Below are positions 31,101-40,002 of a stretch of DNA of 64,000 nt, piece after piece (the stretch's first letter is position 1; every line of letters starts with the position of its first letter). The notes under the pieces were generated by a model. The model made no database searches. It was given only the letters and a program-made list of their open reading frames with translations, and was not told where the DNA came from. A program made the translations under genes and the position numbers. The DNA is taken from the NCBI GenBank assembly GCA_036676395.1, contig JAKFCY010000002.1:2400001-2464000 (forward strand). The letters run 5' to 3'. This stretch comes from Bdellovibrio sp. Its GTDB lineage: Bacteria > Bdellovibrionota > Bdellovibrionia > Bdellovibrionales > Bdellovibrionaceae.

Positions 31101-31244
31101 GCTGTCATCTCTGACTTTACTGAGAAGTTCACCCACGGTCATTTTTTTAGACTTCTTCGACTGCGCGTGCGCGATCTCGGCCTTAGCTACTAAAATACCA
31201 ATCAATGCTGTAAAAAATATTAACCACTGAATCGTCTTCTTCAT
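28101..31244 (-). CDS. gltD: large TPR protein, GltD/AgmU-like
   Basis: LRLAELYVE, many TPRs, 1047 aa. Confidence 0.8.
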   Translation of the reverse strand: MKKTIQWLIFFTALIGILVAKAEIAHAQSKKSKKMTVGELLSKVRDDSRGGKIQTMQKNDTTLPETQFAFKQQPQTNLTSVKPPRSTEILKFEPGDDQAEYEKTLDRQIQELYKLTKKFENSPNRGELWLRLAELYVEKSTLVDSRKQDNYDAQLRNFQEGKTKTKPRLDTKESQQYNRRAIQLYEWFLRDYPNDEKVSQALFFLGYNYFELNDAAKGASYYDQLTRRYPNSPFVGEAHFALGEYYFENEKWADAYKEYSKLIKQKRHRLHSFSLYKGGWCLFRLGRTEEAIKYLDFIIKLDENSSRKKAVRRSKLENEALRDIVMFFSDIADTKRAVNYFKNLNLPDSNAYIEKLAYYYADKGGKDASRDVFRYLISEDPTSKKAFEYQYQIVQNYFYSKNSPQFKEELYNWINNFKKDSNWAERNKNDQAFLDKSYQLREQTLRNYILQQHQTAQNSRASYSRQLALDGYQLYFQEFSDSTQVADMHFFYAELLYDMNKFEDAATHYTWVAENAPKSKYGAKSAQNLLLSIEKALPKDEELAKRKGDSIEPIPFDPRVEKFLKSAQWYTEKFPNSEKMAEIKFRMGRLYYQSNHFNEAEVLFKEIVAKYPKTRFSEYSANLLLDIYNLKKDFVGLEKMGAELLQNESISSSKTGSDIRNVLERASFKKGQDLETDKKYLESAEQYQAFAIQNPKSELVSMALFNSGVNFERSGKNYEAIQNYKKTLSTKDKNSDTVKPKAQKLLAKLYQDAGQFEESAKLFKQAANDNPKDPLTPNYLFNAAVMYEALGSNKEAISTYNEFLKVNKSNKENLETLYNLAELMRKSGSPGWQSKYREYAESAPNSAKRVAAYYYVGKSEENEAIAVYNKLKQAERSDAAKYIAKIKLRNAGEMYNELVALKIPADPKKQKTIVDKKLGLVTKLGEVLTETIKLDSADEIVSSLDLLGATNEHIGTAIVNAPVPAGLNDDQKKQYAAGIQKIADPFLKKADDSYKAAVERGRDLDVYNDAYKHALAQAAAKDSKNVYSGSEISSESRLIQWVGDSKQ

Positions 31245-31247
31245 AAA

Positions 31248-32852
31248 TTACTCGCAGCTTTGTTTTCCAAGATAGTGATAATTACCAACTTCATCTAACC
31301 AGTACTCACCCTGAAACGGATAGTACTCGTAACCATTTTGCACGTAGAATGAACGATCTTGTTTATCATCCACCTGCAAATCTGTTAGATCTTTTCCTGC
31401 AATACGCTTTTTAATTGTCTCTTTTTTACCGTTAATCATCTCATAACGGATAAGACTTGCTTGTTCTTGTAAATCTTTAAGCTCGATATTCATGTTTTCT
31501 AAATGGGCTTTAACCATATCACCAGTTAAAGCTTTAGCACCTTTAAGACGGTTATTTAAGATTTTAAGGGCGTATTGGCCAACAGAAGAATTACGAAAAT
31601 TAGGGTTCTCTTCGATTAAACGGCGCTCTTCGACAACTTTTTTGATGTAAGCTAAAGAACGGCGAACATTACCCTCTTGAGAAATCTTGTTCACTACTTT
31701 GATCGGCAAGATTGTTTTTTTAGTGATGTCTTCGTCTTTCCTCATGATGTAAGCTTTTTCAACTTCAGAGTAATAACTTTCAGAAGCACGGCTTGAATTT
31801 AAGTAATTCTCTATACTTGTTTGTACCGGTCCATATTGCTTTTCATAAAGGCTTAATACTTTTTCGATCTCGTCATATTTACAGATGTATAAATAAACGA
31901 TTGATCTTAAAAGTAATGATTCTGGAATAAAAAAGTCTTCATAGTAGCTTGAATGCAGCGATTGAAAGTTAGATAAAGCCGATCTAAATCGGGCTGCACG
32001 TAACATCGCCCAGCTTTTTTCAAACATCGCATCATGCCACATCACGTGATCACGAGGAATTTTTGAATACATATTAATCGCGCCTTCAAAGTCTTTTTTC
32101 TGATACATTGAGCGCGCAATACCCATCATAGCTGCTACTTTATTTGTATCAGTCACTTTGGCGTTATCACGAACATTTAACAGTTTTTTAAAAGTAGAGA
32201 TCGCAAGTTCTGGTTGTTTAGCTTCAGCTTGCGCTAAGGCTAATTCATAAACTGCATTAAAATAATAGCGGCTTTGCGGGCCGACTTTAGCAAATGATTG
32301 GGCTGCAGCGGCGAAATCGCCGTTAGCTGATTTGATTTCACCTAAACGGTAATAAAGCATTTCACGGTGCTGAGTCGGAACACTTGATACATCGATACGT
32401 TGAATCGCATAGTTTAAAAGTGTTTCGTCGCCCAATCTATCAGTTACGATTAATAACTTTTCGATCGCCTGACGGGTAAAACGGCCATCGCCTGATTTAA
32501 TTAAATCAACAAATTGAAATGCAGCCGTTTGATTTAAGTTCATTTCCATCAGCGCTTCACCTAAATATAGGCGTAATTGCGGACGTTCTGCCAATAAATC
32601 CCTGCGTTTTGTTAAGGCGTATAAAGTGTTCGATGCAGCCTGATAATTTCCATTCTTAAACTGAGTGATCGCTGCCTGAATCTGATTACGTGCTCCAGAG
32701 TTCTTAGAGTCTGAATACACTTTTGGCGAAGCTTTGCGCTGAAACGATTTCGGAATGGTTTTGGCTTTTTTAGTTTGAGCAAAAGCCACATCGCCTGTTG
32801 TAAGTGCGATTGCAAGCGCCAGAAATACTGAGGTTGTTTTTAAATTAATCAT
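31248..32852 (-). CDS. gltC: TPR protein, GltC-like
   Basis: C-terminal YPFQGEYWLDEVGNY..SCE signature. Confidence 0.82.
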   Translation of the reverse strand: MINLKTTSVFLALAIALTTGDVAFAQTKKAKTIPKSFQRKASPKVYSDSKNSGARNQIQAAITQFKNGNYQAASNTLYALTKRRDLLAERPQLRLYLGEALMEMNLNQTAAFQFVDLIKSGDGRFTRQAIEKLLIVTDRLGDETLLNYAIQRIDVSSVPTQHREMLYYRLGEIKSANGDFAAAAQSFAKVGPQSRYYFNAVYELALAQAEAKQPELAISTFKKLLNVRDNAKVTDTNKVAAMMGIARSMYQKKDFEGAINMYSKIPRDHVMWHDAMFEKSWAMLRAARFRSALSNFQSLHSSYYEDFFIPESLLLRSIVYLYICKYDEIEKVLSLYEKQYGPVQTSIENYLNSSRASESYYSEVEKAYIMRKDEDITKKTILPIKVVNKISQEGNVRRSLAYIKKVVEERRLIEENPNFRNSSVGQYALKILNNRLKGAKALTGDMVKAHLENMNIELKDLQEQASLIRYEMINGKKETIKKRIAGKDLTDLQVDDKQDRSFYVQNGYEYYPFQGEYWLDEVGNYHYLGKQSCE

Positions 32853-33679
32853 CTGTATGAAGCCTCCGGAAAGAAGAAACTGATTCCCGCTGACAAGACT
32901 AAGTCATTATAATTGCTTTTTTCAGGGCTTCCTGAAGTTGCCGTAGCCACAGGAGTCGCAGAAAAAGTGTTAAAGCTGTAATCCCAGCGAAAGGCCATTG
33001 ATTTAGTGATCGCAAAAATTTGCCCTAAGCCAAAGTGAAAAGTGGCATTATTGCCTTCTTGAGAATTGGTTGCCGAAGTTCCGCCGCCTAAAGAAAAATA
33101 CATATCAAATGGGATAATCGTGTCATTTAAATTAGAGATTTTTCCGTAGATCGGACTCCATACAAGATCTAAACCTGTGTAGCTTTTAGTATAGATAAAT
33201 TGCTCAGCTAAAAGATTATGAGCTTCTTTAATCTCTTTAGTTGTTTCACGTTCACCGTTGGTCATAAACATTGAATTAATCTCTAAGCCTAATGTTTCAG
33301 TGAAGTTGTAACTTAAGTTAAGCTTTACACCCACATTGTTATACCAAGGCGTGTTTGTCATAACACTTCCACCGGCAAAAAACTGAAAACGCTGGGTTTT
33401 GGGCATAAATTTTTTCTGAATCACTGAAACTTCGCTAAATGGAGCCAGGCGATTTAAATCTGTTAAATTTTTCACGTCTACAGATTGCGCGTTTTGTTTT
33501 AACTGCGCCGGTAATTCTTCGTTAGTCGCAGGCTTAGTTTCTTTAACCGCTGGTTGATTCGAATAAACACCCTCAACGCTTACGATATCATCTTCATCTA
33601 AAGTTTGTTGTGCGTTTACGCTGACGCTGGAAAACATCGCGAAAAGAATTAATTTTGTAAAAATAGAATTAATTTTCAC
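32849..33679 (-). CDS. outer-membrane beta-barrel (GltA/GltB-like)
   Basis: VIQKKFMPKTQRF, WSPIYGK, terminal GISFFFP. Confidence 0.85.
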   Translation of the reverse strand: MKINSIFTKLILFAMFSSVSVNAQQTLDEDDIVSVEGVYSNQPAVKETKPATNEELPAQLKQNAQSVDVKNLTDLNRLAPFSEVSVIQKKFMPKTQRFQFFAGGSVMTNTPWYNNVGVKLNLSYNFTETLGLEINSMFMTNGERETTKEIKEAHNLLAEQFIYTKSYTGLDLVWSPIYGKISNLNDTIIPFDMYFSLGGGTSATNSQEGNNATFHFGLGQIFAITKSMAFRWDYSFNTFSATPVATATSGSPEKSNYNDLVLSAGISFFFPEASYR

Positions 33680-33688
33680 TTTTCACTC

Positions 33689-34429
33689 CTAAAATAAATA
33701 GTTAAGACCAACTTCTAAATTGGTCGTAAAAGTTACACGTTCACTAAAGCGATCAAAAGCTGGAGCATTTGTATTTACAGTCCCGTTGGTTCCATCAGTC
33801 ATACCTGTTCCGCCACTGGCTTTGAAAAAAGGAATTGGCGCCTGATGCGCAAACAAACGAAGATCAGCTTTTAATGAAAAAGATTTGTTGAAGTAAAATC
33901 TTTCGCCAATACCCACAGCTATTGCGGGGTAAGATTTATGTTCGTAAGCCACCATTCCGGCAGCAGCAGATCCATAAATTGTCGTATTGATCACAGCTAA
34001 TTTAGAAAGTGATAACTTTCCATAATACGGTTTGAAGTTATAATCTAACAGAACGGTGCTTGTTGGTTTTGGTGCGCGGTTGAAATCAAGCCCGTTAGAA
34101 TCTTTTAAACCTTGGCCATCTTTTGAAAGACCTGCGCTGTTTTGACTGAATAATAAACCCAAAGAATGTAATTCAGAAAAATGGTAATTCGCAGCTACCC
34201 CAAATTTTGTGGTGTCATAAATTGGTTCTGTTAATGCATATCCACCAAAGATACCGACATCGATGCGGCCCTTAGTAGCTACGTTTCTGTTTTTTACACT
34301 TTGTGGGTGATCAAACACGGGGTAAACCGACTCTTGTGCAAGCTCATCCAATGGCACGTCGACCGGATCAGCAGCGTGTGCCAGGCTTGTAAATAAAAGA
34401 ATAAACATTATGTTTCTAATTAGCGTCAT
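33689..34429 (-). CDS. outer-membrane beta-barrel (GltA/GltB-like)
   Basis: KPYYGK, terminal GLNYLF; paralogue of the neighbour. Confidence 0.85.
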   Translation of the reverse strand: MTLIRNIMFILLFTSLAHAADPVDVPLDELAQESVYPVFDHPQSVKNRNVATKGRIDVGIFGGYALTEPIYDTTKFGVAANYHFSELHSLGLLFSQNSAGLSKDGQGLKDSNGLDFNRAPKPTSTVLLDYNFKPYYGKLSLSKLAVINTTIYGSAAAGMVAYEHKSYPAIAVGIGERFYFNKSFSLKADLRLFAHQAPIPFFKASGGTGMTDGTNGTVNTNAPAFDRFSERVTFTTNLEVGLNYLF

Positions 34430-34432
34430 GCT

Positions 34433-34963
34433 CTATTTTCCTTGCGCGCCTTCGGCACGACTTCCTTTAGAGTAAAAACCATATTTTAAAATAAAATCAC
34501 AAACTTCGCGAACAGCACCGTTACCAGCTGGGCGTTTAGTAACGTATTGCACACATTCCAAAACTTCTTCCATAGCATCAGGAACAGTCGCTGAAAACTG
34601 CACGGCATTTAAAATGGGAACATCAAAAAAATCGTCTCCCATATAGGCCATCTCTGAAGGTAAAATTCCTGATTGCTTTTGTAAGTCTTCAAACGGTGGC
34701 ATTTTATTCAAAGCACCCTCGTAGAGATATGAAATTCCTAACATTTTTACGCGCGCGCGCACATCGTCAGCCGTGGCGCCAGTGATGACTGCTACTTTGT
34801 AGCCGTTTTCTAAAAGCGCTTTAATTCCAACGCCATCACGAACAGAATAAATTCTTTTCCAGTGCCCGTCAGAATCCATCCACAAACGACAATCCGTTAA
34901 AATTCCGTCAACGTCTAAAACTAACATCTTAATATTCTTTAATTTTTGTACATCTATACTCAC
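34433..34963 (-). CDS. kdsC: KDO 8-phosphate phosphatase
   Basis: LDVDGILTD, RDGVGI, MGDD, GAVREVCD. Confidence 0.93.
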   Translation of the reverse strand: MSIDVQKLKNIKMLVLDVDGILTDCRLWMDSDGHWKRIYSVRDGVGIKALLENGYKVAVITGATADDVRARVKMLGISYLYEGALNKMPPFEDLQKQSGILPSEMAYMGDDFFDVPILNAVQFSATVPDAMEEVLECVQYVTKRPAGNGAVREVCDFILKYGFYSKGSRAEGAQGK

Positions 34964-35131
34964 TCTATCATTGTTAAAAATAAAACTGCGGGGGGCAACA
35001 CATGCGCAACATCCGCAACGACCTTAGTCCTGCGAACAAGAGTTATGTATCATTGTTTACGACTTCCACTAGACGATTGTCTGTTCTCCTATTTTTAATT
35101 CCCAATTTTCAGGGTTCTTGCAACAATCAAA

Positions 35132-35839
35132 ATGATCAGGAGAATCAACAACATGAATTTAAAAATCTCTGCACTAACAACGATTATGTTTCTATTTGGC
35201 GCAAGCTTTTCGCAGGCACAACAACTTAACGTGATTCAAGTTAAAGGTAATCGTGCCATCGTTGAAATTCAAACTGGCGAAAAATTAAAAGTTGGCGAAA
35301 GCTACGCTGTTGGTAAAGTCGATGGTGAAGTTTCGTTAGATCCTGTAGCTTCAGGCAAGGGTTCACGTAATTATTTAATCGGTTTGGATTTTGGATTTTC
35401 AAACACTAAAGTCGACACGGCAGGTGCACAATCTGTGATGGCCATTAGCACAGCTTTAAAATTCGGCTGGAATAAAAAACAGTACGAGTACGGGCCATTA
35501 GTGGTATTTGATTATTCAAAATCTGGCAGCTTAAAACCCTCATACACTTGGGGCGTGGGCGGCTTCGGCACTTACAACTTTCAACCCAATATTATCGGCA
35601 CAGATTTAATTTTTTCTGGTGATGCAGAATTTACTTTCGCGCAAACAAAACAAGGCGAAGCCGATGCATTTAACTCTATGGGCTTAACAGTCGGTCCATT
35701 CGCAAAATGGTACGGCATCAGCGATGACCACTGTATCCGCGGCGGCCTAGTATTCTCATGGGATCGCACCAGCCCCGCAACAGGCGACGTAACAACAACC
35801 GGCCTCCAAGCCGTCGTCGGCATCTCCACGTATTTTTAG
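35132..35839 (+). CDS. outer-membrane beta-barrel protein
   Basis: Signal peptide (likely ATG 35153), amphipathic strands, terminal F. Confidence 0.75.
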   Translation: MIRRINNMNLKISALTTIMFLFGASFSQAQQLNVIQVKGNRAIVEIQTGEKLKVGESYAVGKVDGEVSLDPVASGKGSRNYLIGLDFGFSNTKVDTAGAQSVMAISTALKFGWNKKQYEYGPLVVFDYSKSGSLKPSYTWGVGGFGTYNFQPNIIGTDLIFSGDAEFTFAQTKQGEADAFNSMGLTVGPFAKWYGISDDHCIRGGLVFSWDRTSPATGDVTTTGLQAVVGISTYF

Positions 35840-35843
35840 GTAT

Positions 35844-35872
35844 TTAGGTAGGCCGTCCCTTTTTCGGGAGCG
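35844..35872 (+). repeat. left REP-like repeat TTAGGTAGGCCGTCCCTTTTTCGGGAGCG
   Basis: Perfect reverse complement of 36609-36637. Confidence 0.92.
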
Positions 35873-35879
35873 ATGAGTT

Positions 35880-35916
35880 AAAAAAATCCGGCGAGCAGTT
35901 GTTTGTCGGATTTTTT
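35880..35916. terminator. bidirectional hairpin/terminator
   Basis: AAAAAATCCGGCGAGCA-GT-TGTTTGTCGGATTTTTT. Confidence 0.7.
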
Positions 35917-35958
35917 CGTTTTTAATTACTAACACTTAGGTTTTAAATCTTTCGAGAC

Positions 35959-35974
35959 TGGCTACAAACCTGCA
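35959..35974 (+). promoter_or_regulatory. sigma54-like promoter of the transposase
   Basis: TGGCTACAAACCTGCA, GG-N10-GC, -12 C is 14 nt from the ATG. Confidence 0.55.
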
Positions 35975-35986
35975 TCTTCGCTACAC

Positions 35987-36637
35987 ATGCCACGCAAACA
36001 CCTCATTCGAACTTGCGATTTTCCGTATCATGTTACCGCCAGATCTAATAATAAAGAGTTTTTTTATTTAGATACAAACTCTCTCTGGGATATTTTCATG
36101 GAGTCGATGGCCGAAGCAGAGAAACTATTTAACTGTCACTTTCATGCGTTTGTTCTAATGTCGAATCACTATCACTTACTTGTAAGTACACCTAACAGTA
36201 ATCTTGATATAGTCATGAATTATCTGCAACGCGAGATTGCACGCATGGCCAATAAAAAATCTTCGAGAATTAATCATTTCTTTGGAGGTCCTTACAAATG
36301 GACAACAATTTGTGAAGAGTCTTATTATTGGAATGCCTTAAAATATATTTTTAGAAATCCAATTAGAGCAGGATTATGTGAAAATGTTTTAAGCTATAAG
36401 TATTCATCATTGAACACACAACCCAAAAAATTTAATTGGCAGCTGACAGACTTTTTTAACAACCGGAATGTACAAATCAATCCCGATCTAGATTGGCTTA
36501 ACGAAGCTTATTTGAATGAAGTCGAAAACAAAATAAAAGCAGGACTCCGCAGAAGAGAGTTCCAAATACCCTGCGATGTGAATGGATATAGACCGGTTTT
36601 AGACATGCCGCTCCCGAAAAAGGGACGGCCTACCTAA
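35987..36637 (+). CDS. REP-associated tyrosine (Y1/HUH) transposase
   Basis: YHVTAR, FVLMSNHYHLL, KYIFRNPIRAG, YKYSS. Confidence 0.92.
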   Translation: MPRKHLIRTCDFPYHVTARSNNKEFFYLDTNSLWDIFMESMAEAEKLFNCHFHAFVLMSNHYHLLVSTPNSNLDIVMNYLQREIARMANKKSSRINHFFGGPYKWTTICEESYYWNALKYIFRNPIRAGLCENVLSYKYSSLNTQPKKFNWQLTDFFNNRNVQINPDLDWLNEAYLNEVENKIKAGLRRREFQIPCDVNGYRPVLDMPLPKKGRPT

Positions 36638-36664
36638 TTTAAAAAGGGACGGCCTACCTAATTT
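36609..36664 (-). repeat. right REP-like repeats, with a 24-bp tandem duplication
   Basis: AAAAAGGGACGGCCTACCTAATTT at 36617-36640 and 36641-36664. Confidence 0.92.
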
Positions 36665-37631
36665 TCGCTGCAAGTAGATCTGGGTAGATTAGCATGCCCA
36701 CTGGTTGTAGTGGTTTGGCTGAGGTTTTGTCTAATACGATTAGCATTTGGATTCTGAATTGTTCCATTAAGAATAAGGCTTTTTCGGCTAGTTCGGCGGC
36801 GTCGATTGTTTTTGGGTTTGTCGACATCACATCTTTGGCTACAGCATTGAATGGATTTTGATTTTTTTCTAAGAAACGGCGGATATCACCGTCTGTGATG
36901 ATGCCAACTAAGTTTTGATTGGCATCAATTACGCCGGCAGCGCCGCGTACACTTTGATGAGTCATTTTAGTTAGAATGTCTTTCATTGTGGTTTCAGGCG
37001 TTACCATTGGTAGTGCAGCACCTGACTTCATGACTTCTTTTACTTTGAGAAGTTTTGCGCCTAGTGAACCTGCGGGATGAAATTCGGCGAAGTTTTCAGT
37101 TTTAAAACCGCGCATTTCTAATACTGACATCGCTAAAGCATCACCCATCGCAAGCATGGCTGTGCTTGAAGATGTCGGAGCTAAGTTCAACGGACAAGCT
37201 TCGCGTTCAACAGCGGTGCTAATCATCACTGTGGCGGCCTGAGCTAGCGAGCTTTCTGGTTTTCCGGTCATAGCGATCATTTTGATATCACGACGAGAAA
37301 TAAAATTAAGAACATGGTTTAATTCAGCGGTTTCACCACCGTATGAAAGCGCGATAACGATATCTTGATCGCTGATCACGCCTAAATCCCCGTGGCTTGA
37401 TTCTGCTGGATGTAAATAAAGAGCTGGCGTTCCAGTGCTGGAAAAAGTGCTCGCTATTTTTCTAGCGATTTGGCCGGATTTTCCGATCCCCGTCACAACG
37501 ACTTTTCCTTTGCAGGCTAAAACCATTTCAACAGCTTTTTCAAAATCAGCGTTTACTTTAGAAACTAAGTTTAAAACACTTTCGGCTTCTAATTTTAAAA
37601 CACTTTGCGCACGCTCAATAATTTTCGACAT
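36654..37631 (-). CDS. kdsD: arabinose 5-phosphate isomerase (KpsF/GutQ)
   Basis: GIGKSG, HGDLG, LAPTSS, FHPAGSLG, CBS pair. Confidence 0.95.
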   Translation of the reverse strand: MSKIIERAQSVLKLEAESVLNLVSKVNADFEKAVEMVLACKGKVVVTGIGKSGQIARKIASTFSSTGTPALYLHPAESSHGDLGVISDQDIVIALSYGGETAELNHVLNFISRRDIKMIAMTGKPESSLAQAATVMISTAVEREACPLNLAPTSSSTAMLAMGDALAMSVLEMRGFKTENFAEFHPAGSLGAKLLKVKEVMKSGAALPMVTPETTMKDILTKMTHQSVRGAAGVIDANQNLVGIITDGDIRRFLEKNQNPFNAVAKDVMSTNPKTIDAAELAEKALFLMEQFRIQMLIVLDKTSAKPLQPVGMLIYPDLLAAKIR

Positions 37632-37633
37632 AA

Positions 37634-39265
37634 TTACTTTTTCTTTCCACTGCTGGCTTTTACGAAAGCCGAAAATAATGGATGTGGATCTAATGGCTTA
37701 GATTTAAATTCTGGATGGTATTGCACACCGATAAACCACGGGTGATTCGCATTTTCGATAATCTCAACTAAGTTACGTTCAGGATTAAGCCCTGTCGCAC
37801 GTAAACCGTTTTTATAAAATAAATCTAAGTATTTATTATTAAATTCAAAACGATGACGATGACGTTCTTGAATCATATTCTTTTTATAAACTCGTGCTGC
37901 CAATGATTTCGGAAATAATTTACAGTTAAATGCACCTAAGCGCATTGTGCCGCCCATATCAGTTAAGCCACGTTGTTCAACCATTGAATCGATAACAACA
38001 TTGCCGCCACGAGTACCTTCGCCGATAAATTCACGCGAAGTCGCATCATGTAAGCCACAAACGTTACGTGCAAATTCAATCGCTGCTAATTGCATACCGA
38101 AACAGATTCCGAAAAATGGAACTTTCTTTTCGCGCGCATACTGAATTGCCGTAATTTTACCTTCAACACCACGAGTACCGAATCCACCAGGCACCAAGAT
38201 ACCTGTAACATCACCTAACTGTGATTTTACATTCTTAGCATTTAATTTTTCTGAATCTACATACTTGATATCAATTTTTACCTGGTTAGCTAAAGCGCCG
38301 TGCACTAGTGATTCATGCAATGATTTGTATGACTCTTTAAGATCAACGTATTTACCAACAACAGCAATTTTAACAGTCGCTTTTGGGTTGTTCTGAATCT
38401 TAACGATTTTCTGCCAGCCAGAAACATTGGCTTTAGTTTTCTTTAACGCCAATCTTGCTACGATTAATTCATCTAAATGTTCGCTGTGTAATTTTAATGG
38501 CACTTCGTAAATTGATTTAGAATCTTGCGCTGAAATGACATGTTCTTTTTTAATTGAGCAGAATAGGCCGATTTTAGCTTTTAAGCTTTCGTCGATTTCT
38601 TTTTCACTGCGGCAAACTAAGAAATCTGGTTGTAAACCGATTTGGCGTAGCTCTTTCACCGAGTGCTGCGTAGGTTTTGATTTTAACTCACCGGCAACCG
38701 CGATGTAAGGCACATAAGTCACATGCACTAAGGCTGTATTGTTTTCACCTAAATCTAAACGCAACTGGCGAATAGCTTCAAAGAAAGGCTGGGCTTCGAT
38801 ATCACCAACAGTTCCGCCAATCTCAACAATCGCAATTTCTGAACCTTGAGCCGCTTCATAAGCACGAGATTTAATTTCATCTGTGATATGCGGAATAACT
38901 TGAACTGTTCCACCTAAGTAATCACCGCGACGCTCACGTGTAATAACTGAATCATAAATTTGACCAGCACTTACCGAGTTTGCACGTAATAACACGGCAT
39001 TCGTAAAACGCTCGTAGTGACCTAAATCTAAATCCGTCTCGGCACCGTCATCAGTTACAAACACTTCACCATGTTGTAACGGCGACATTGTACCCGGATC
39101 AACGTTTAAGTAAGGATCAAATTTCATGATCGTAACTTTAAAGCCGCGTGATTCTAATAATGAACCAAGACTTGCTGCTGTTAACCCTTTACCGATTGAA
39201 GAAACAACTCCACCGGTAACAAAGATAAACTTCTGGTTACGTTTTTTTGTTTTTGCCAATTTCAT
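37634..39265 (-). CDS. pyrG: CTP synthase
   Basis: [34 protein letters not shown]. Confidence 0.98.
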   Translation of the reverse strand: MKLAKTKKRNQKFIFVTGGVVSSIGKGLTAASLGSLLESRGFKVTIMKFDPYLNVDPGTMSPLQHGEVFVTDDGAETDLDLGHYERFTNAVLLRANSVSAGQIYDSVITRERRGDYLGGTVQVIPHITDEIKSRAYEAAQGSEIAIVEIGGTVGDIEAQPFFEAIRQLRLDLGENNTALVHVTYVPYIAVAGELKSKPTQHSVKELRQIGLQPDFLVCRSEKEIDESLKAKIGLFCSIKKEHVISAQDSKSIYEVPLKLHSEHLDELIVARLALKKTKANVSGWQKIVKIQNNPKATVKIAVVGKYVDLKESYKSLHESLVHGALANQVKIDIKYVDSEKLNAKNVKSQLGDVTGILVPGGFGTRGVEGKITAIQYAREKKVPFFGICFGMQLAAIEFARNVCGLHDATSREFIGEGTRGGNVVIDSMVEQRGLTDMGGTMRLGAFNCKLFPKSLAARVYKKNMIQERHRHRFEFNNKYLDLFYKNGLRATGLNPERNLVEIIENANHPWFIGVQYHPEFKSKPLDPHPLFSAFVKASSGKKK

Positions 39266-39277
39266 ATCTGTATCTCC

Positions 39278-40000
39278 CTACGATAGCATTTTTTCTAGTT
39301 TCGCCAAATCTTCCGGTGTATCCACTCCTTGGATTGGCTTTTTCACTGACAGAACTTTAATCTTCGCACCCAAATGCAGGGCGCGCAGTTGTTCTAAACT
39401 TTCAGCCTTTTCAATAGCTGATTGTTCGCTTGTACAAAATTTATTTAAAAAAGTTTTTGTGTAGCCGTATAAACCAATATGTTTTTCGCATACAGGAGTA
39501 CCGCTTAATTTTTCACGTGAATAAGGAATCGCAAAACGACTGAAATAAATCGCTTCGTTATTTGCATTCTTTATTACTTTAACCGCGTTCGGGTTTTCGA
39601 TATCTTCAACAGCAATTGGATGCGCAAGCGTTGCCATATCTAAACCAGGTTGATCGATAAACGCTTTTGCTAATAGATCAATGTATTCAGCGGTAATTTG
39701 TGGCTCATCCCCTTGGATATTTAAAATCACATCAAATTGTAAATCTTTGGTTGCTTCAAAAATACGGTCAGTCCCTGTCGGGCACTCTGGGCGAGTCATC
39801 AGAATATTTCCACCGCAAGCTGCGACTGCGTCAGCAATTCTTTGATCGTCGGTGGCTACATAAATTTCTTGAACTAATTTTGCAGACTTTGCGCCCTCGA
39901 CAACCCATTGAATCAACGGCTTGTCTTTTAATTTCACTAAAGGCTTACCCGGAAATCTCGTTGAAGCGTAACGAGCCGGAATAACTGCAATAATTTTCAT
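39278..40000 (-). CDS. kdsB: CMP-KDO synthetase
   Basis: IPARYASTRFPGKPL, QGDEP, ESLEQLRAL. Confidence 0.97.
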   Translation of the reverse strand: MKIIAVIPARYASTRFPGKPLVKLKDKPLIQWVVEGAKSAKLVQEIYVATDDQRIADAVAACGGNILMTRPECPTGTDRIFEATKDLQFDVILNIQGDEPQITAEYIDLLAKAFIDQPGLDMATLAHPIAVEDIENPNAVKVIKNANNEAIYFSRFAIPYSREKLSGTPVCEKHIGLYGYTKTFLNKFCTSEQSAIEKAESLEQLRALHLGAKIKVLSVKKPIQGVDTPEDLAKLEKMLS

Positions 40001-40002
40001 TA

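Larger units (their letters stand above)
35844..36664. mobile_element. RAYT/Y1 transposase locus bounded by REP-like inverted repeats
   Basis: HUH transposase between 29-bp perfect inverted repeats, plus a tandem extra copy. Confidence 0.8.

Noticed and set aside
35002..35229. 75-aa ORF upstream of the beta-barrel gene
   Set aside because: Overlaps the real gene out of frame and has no recognisable features
36609..36664. Tandem repeat as a CRISPR array
   Set aside because: Two adjacent copies, no spacers, no cas genes
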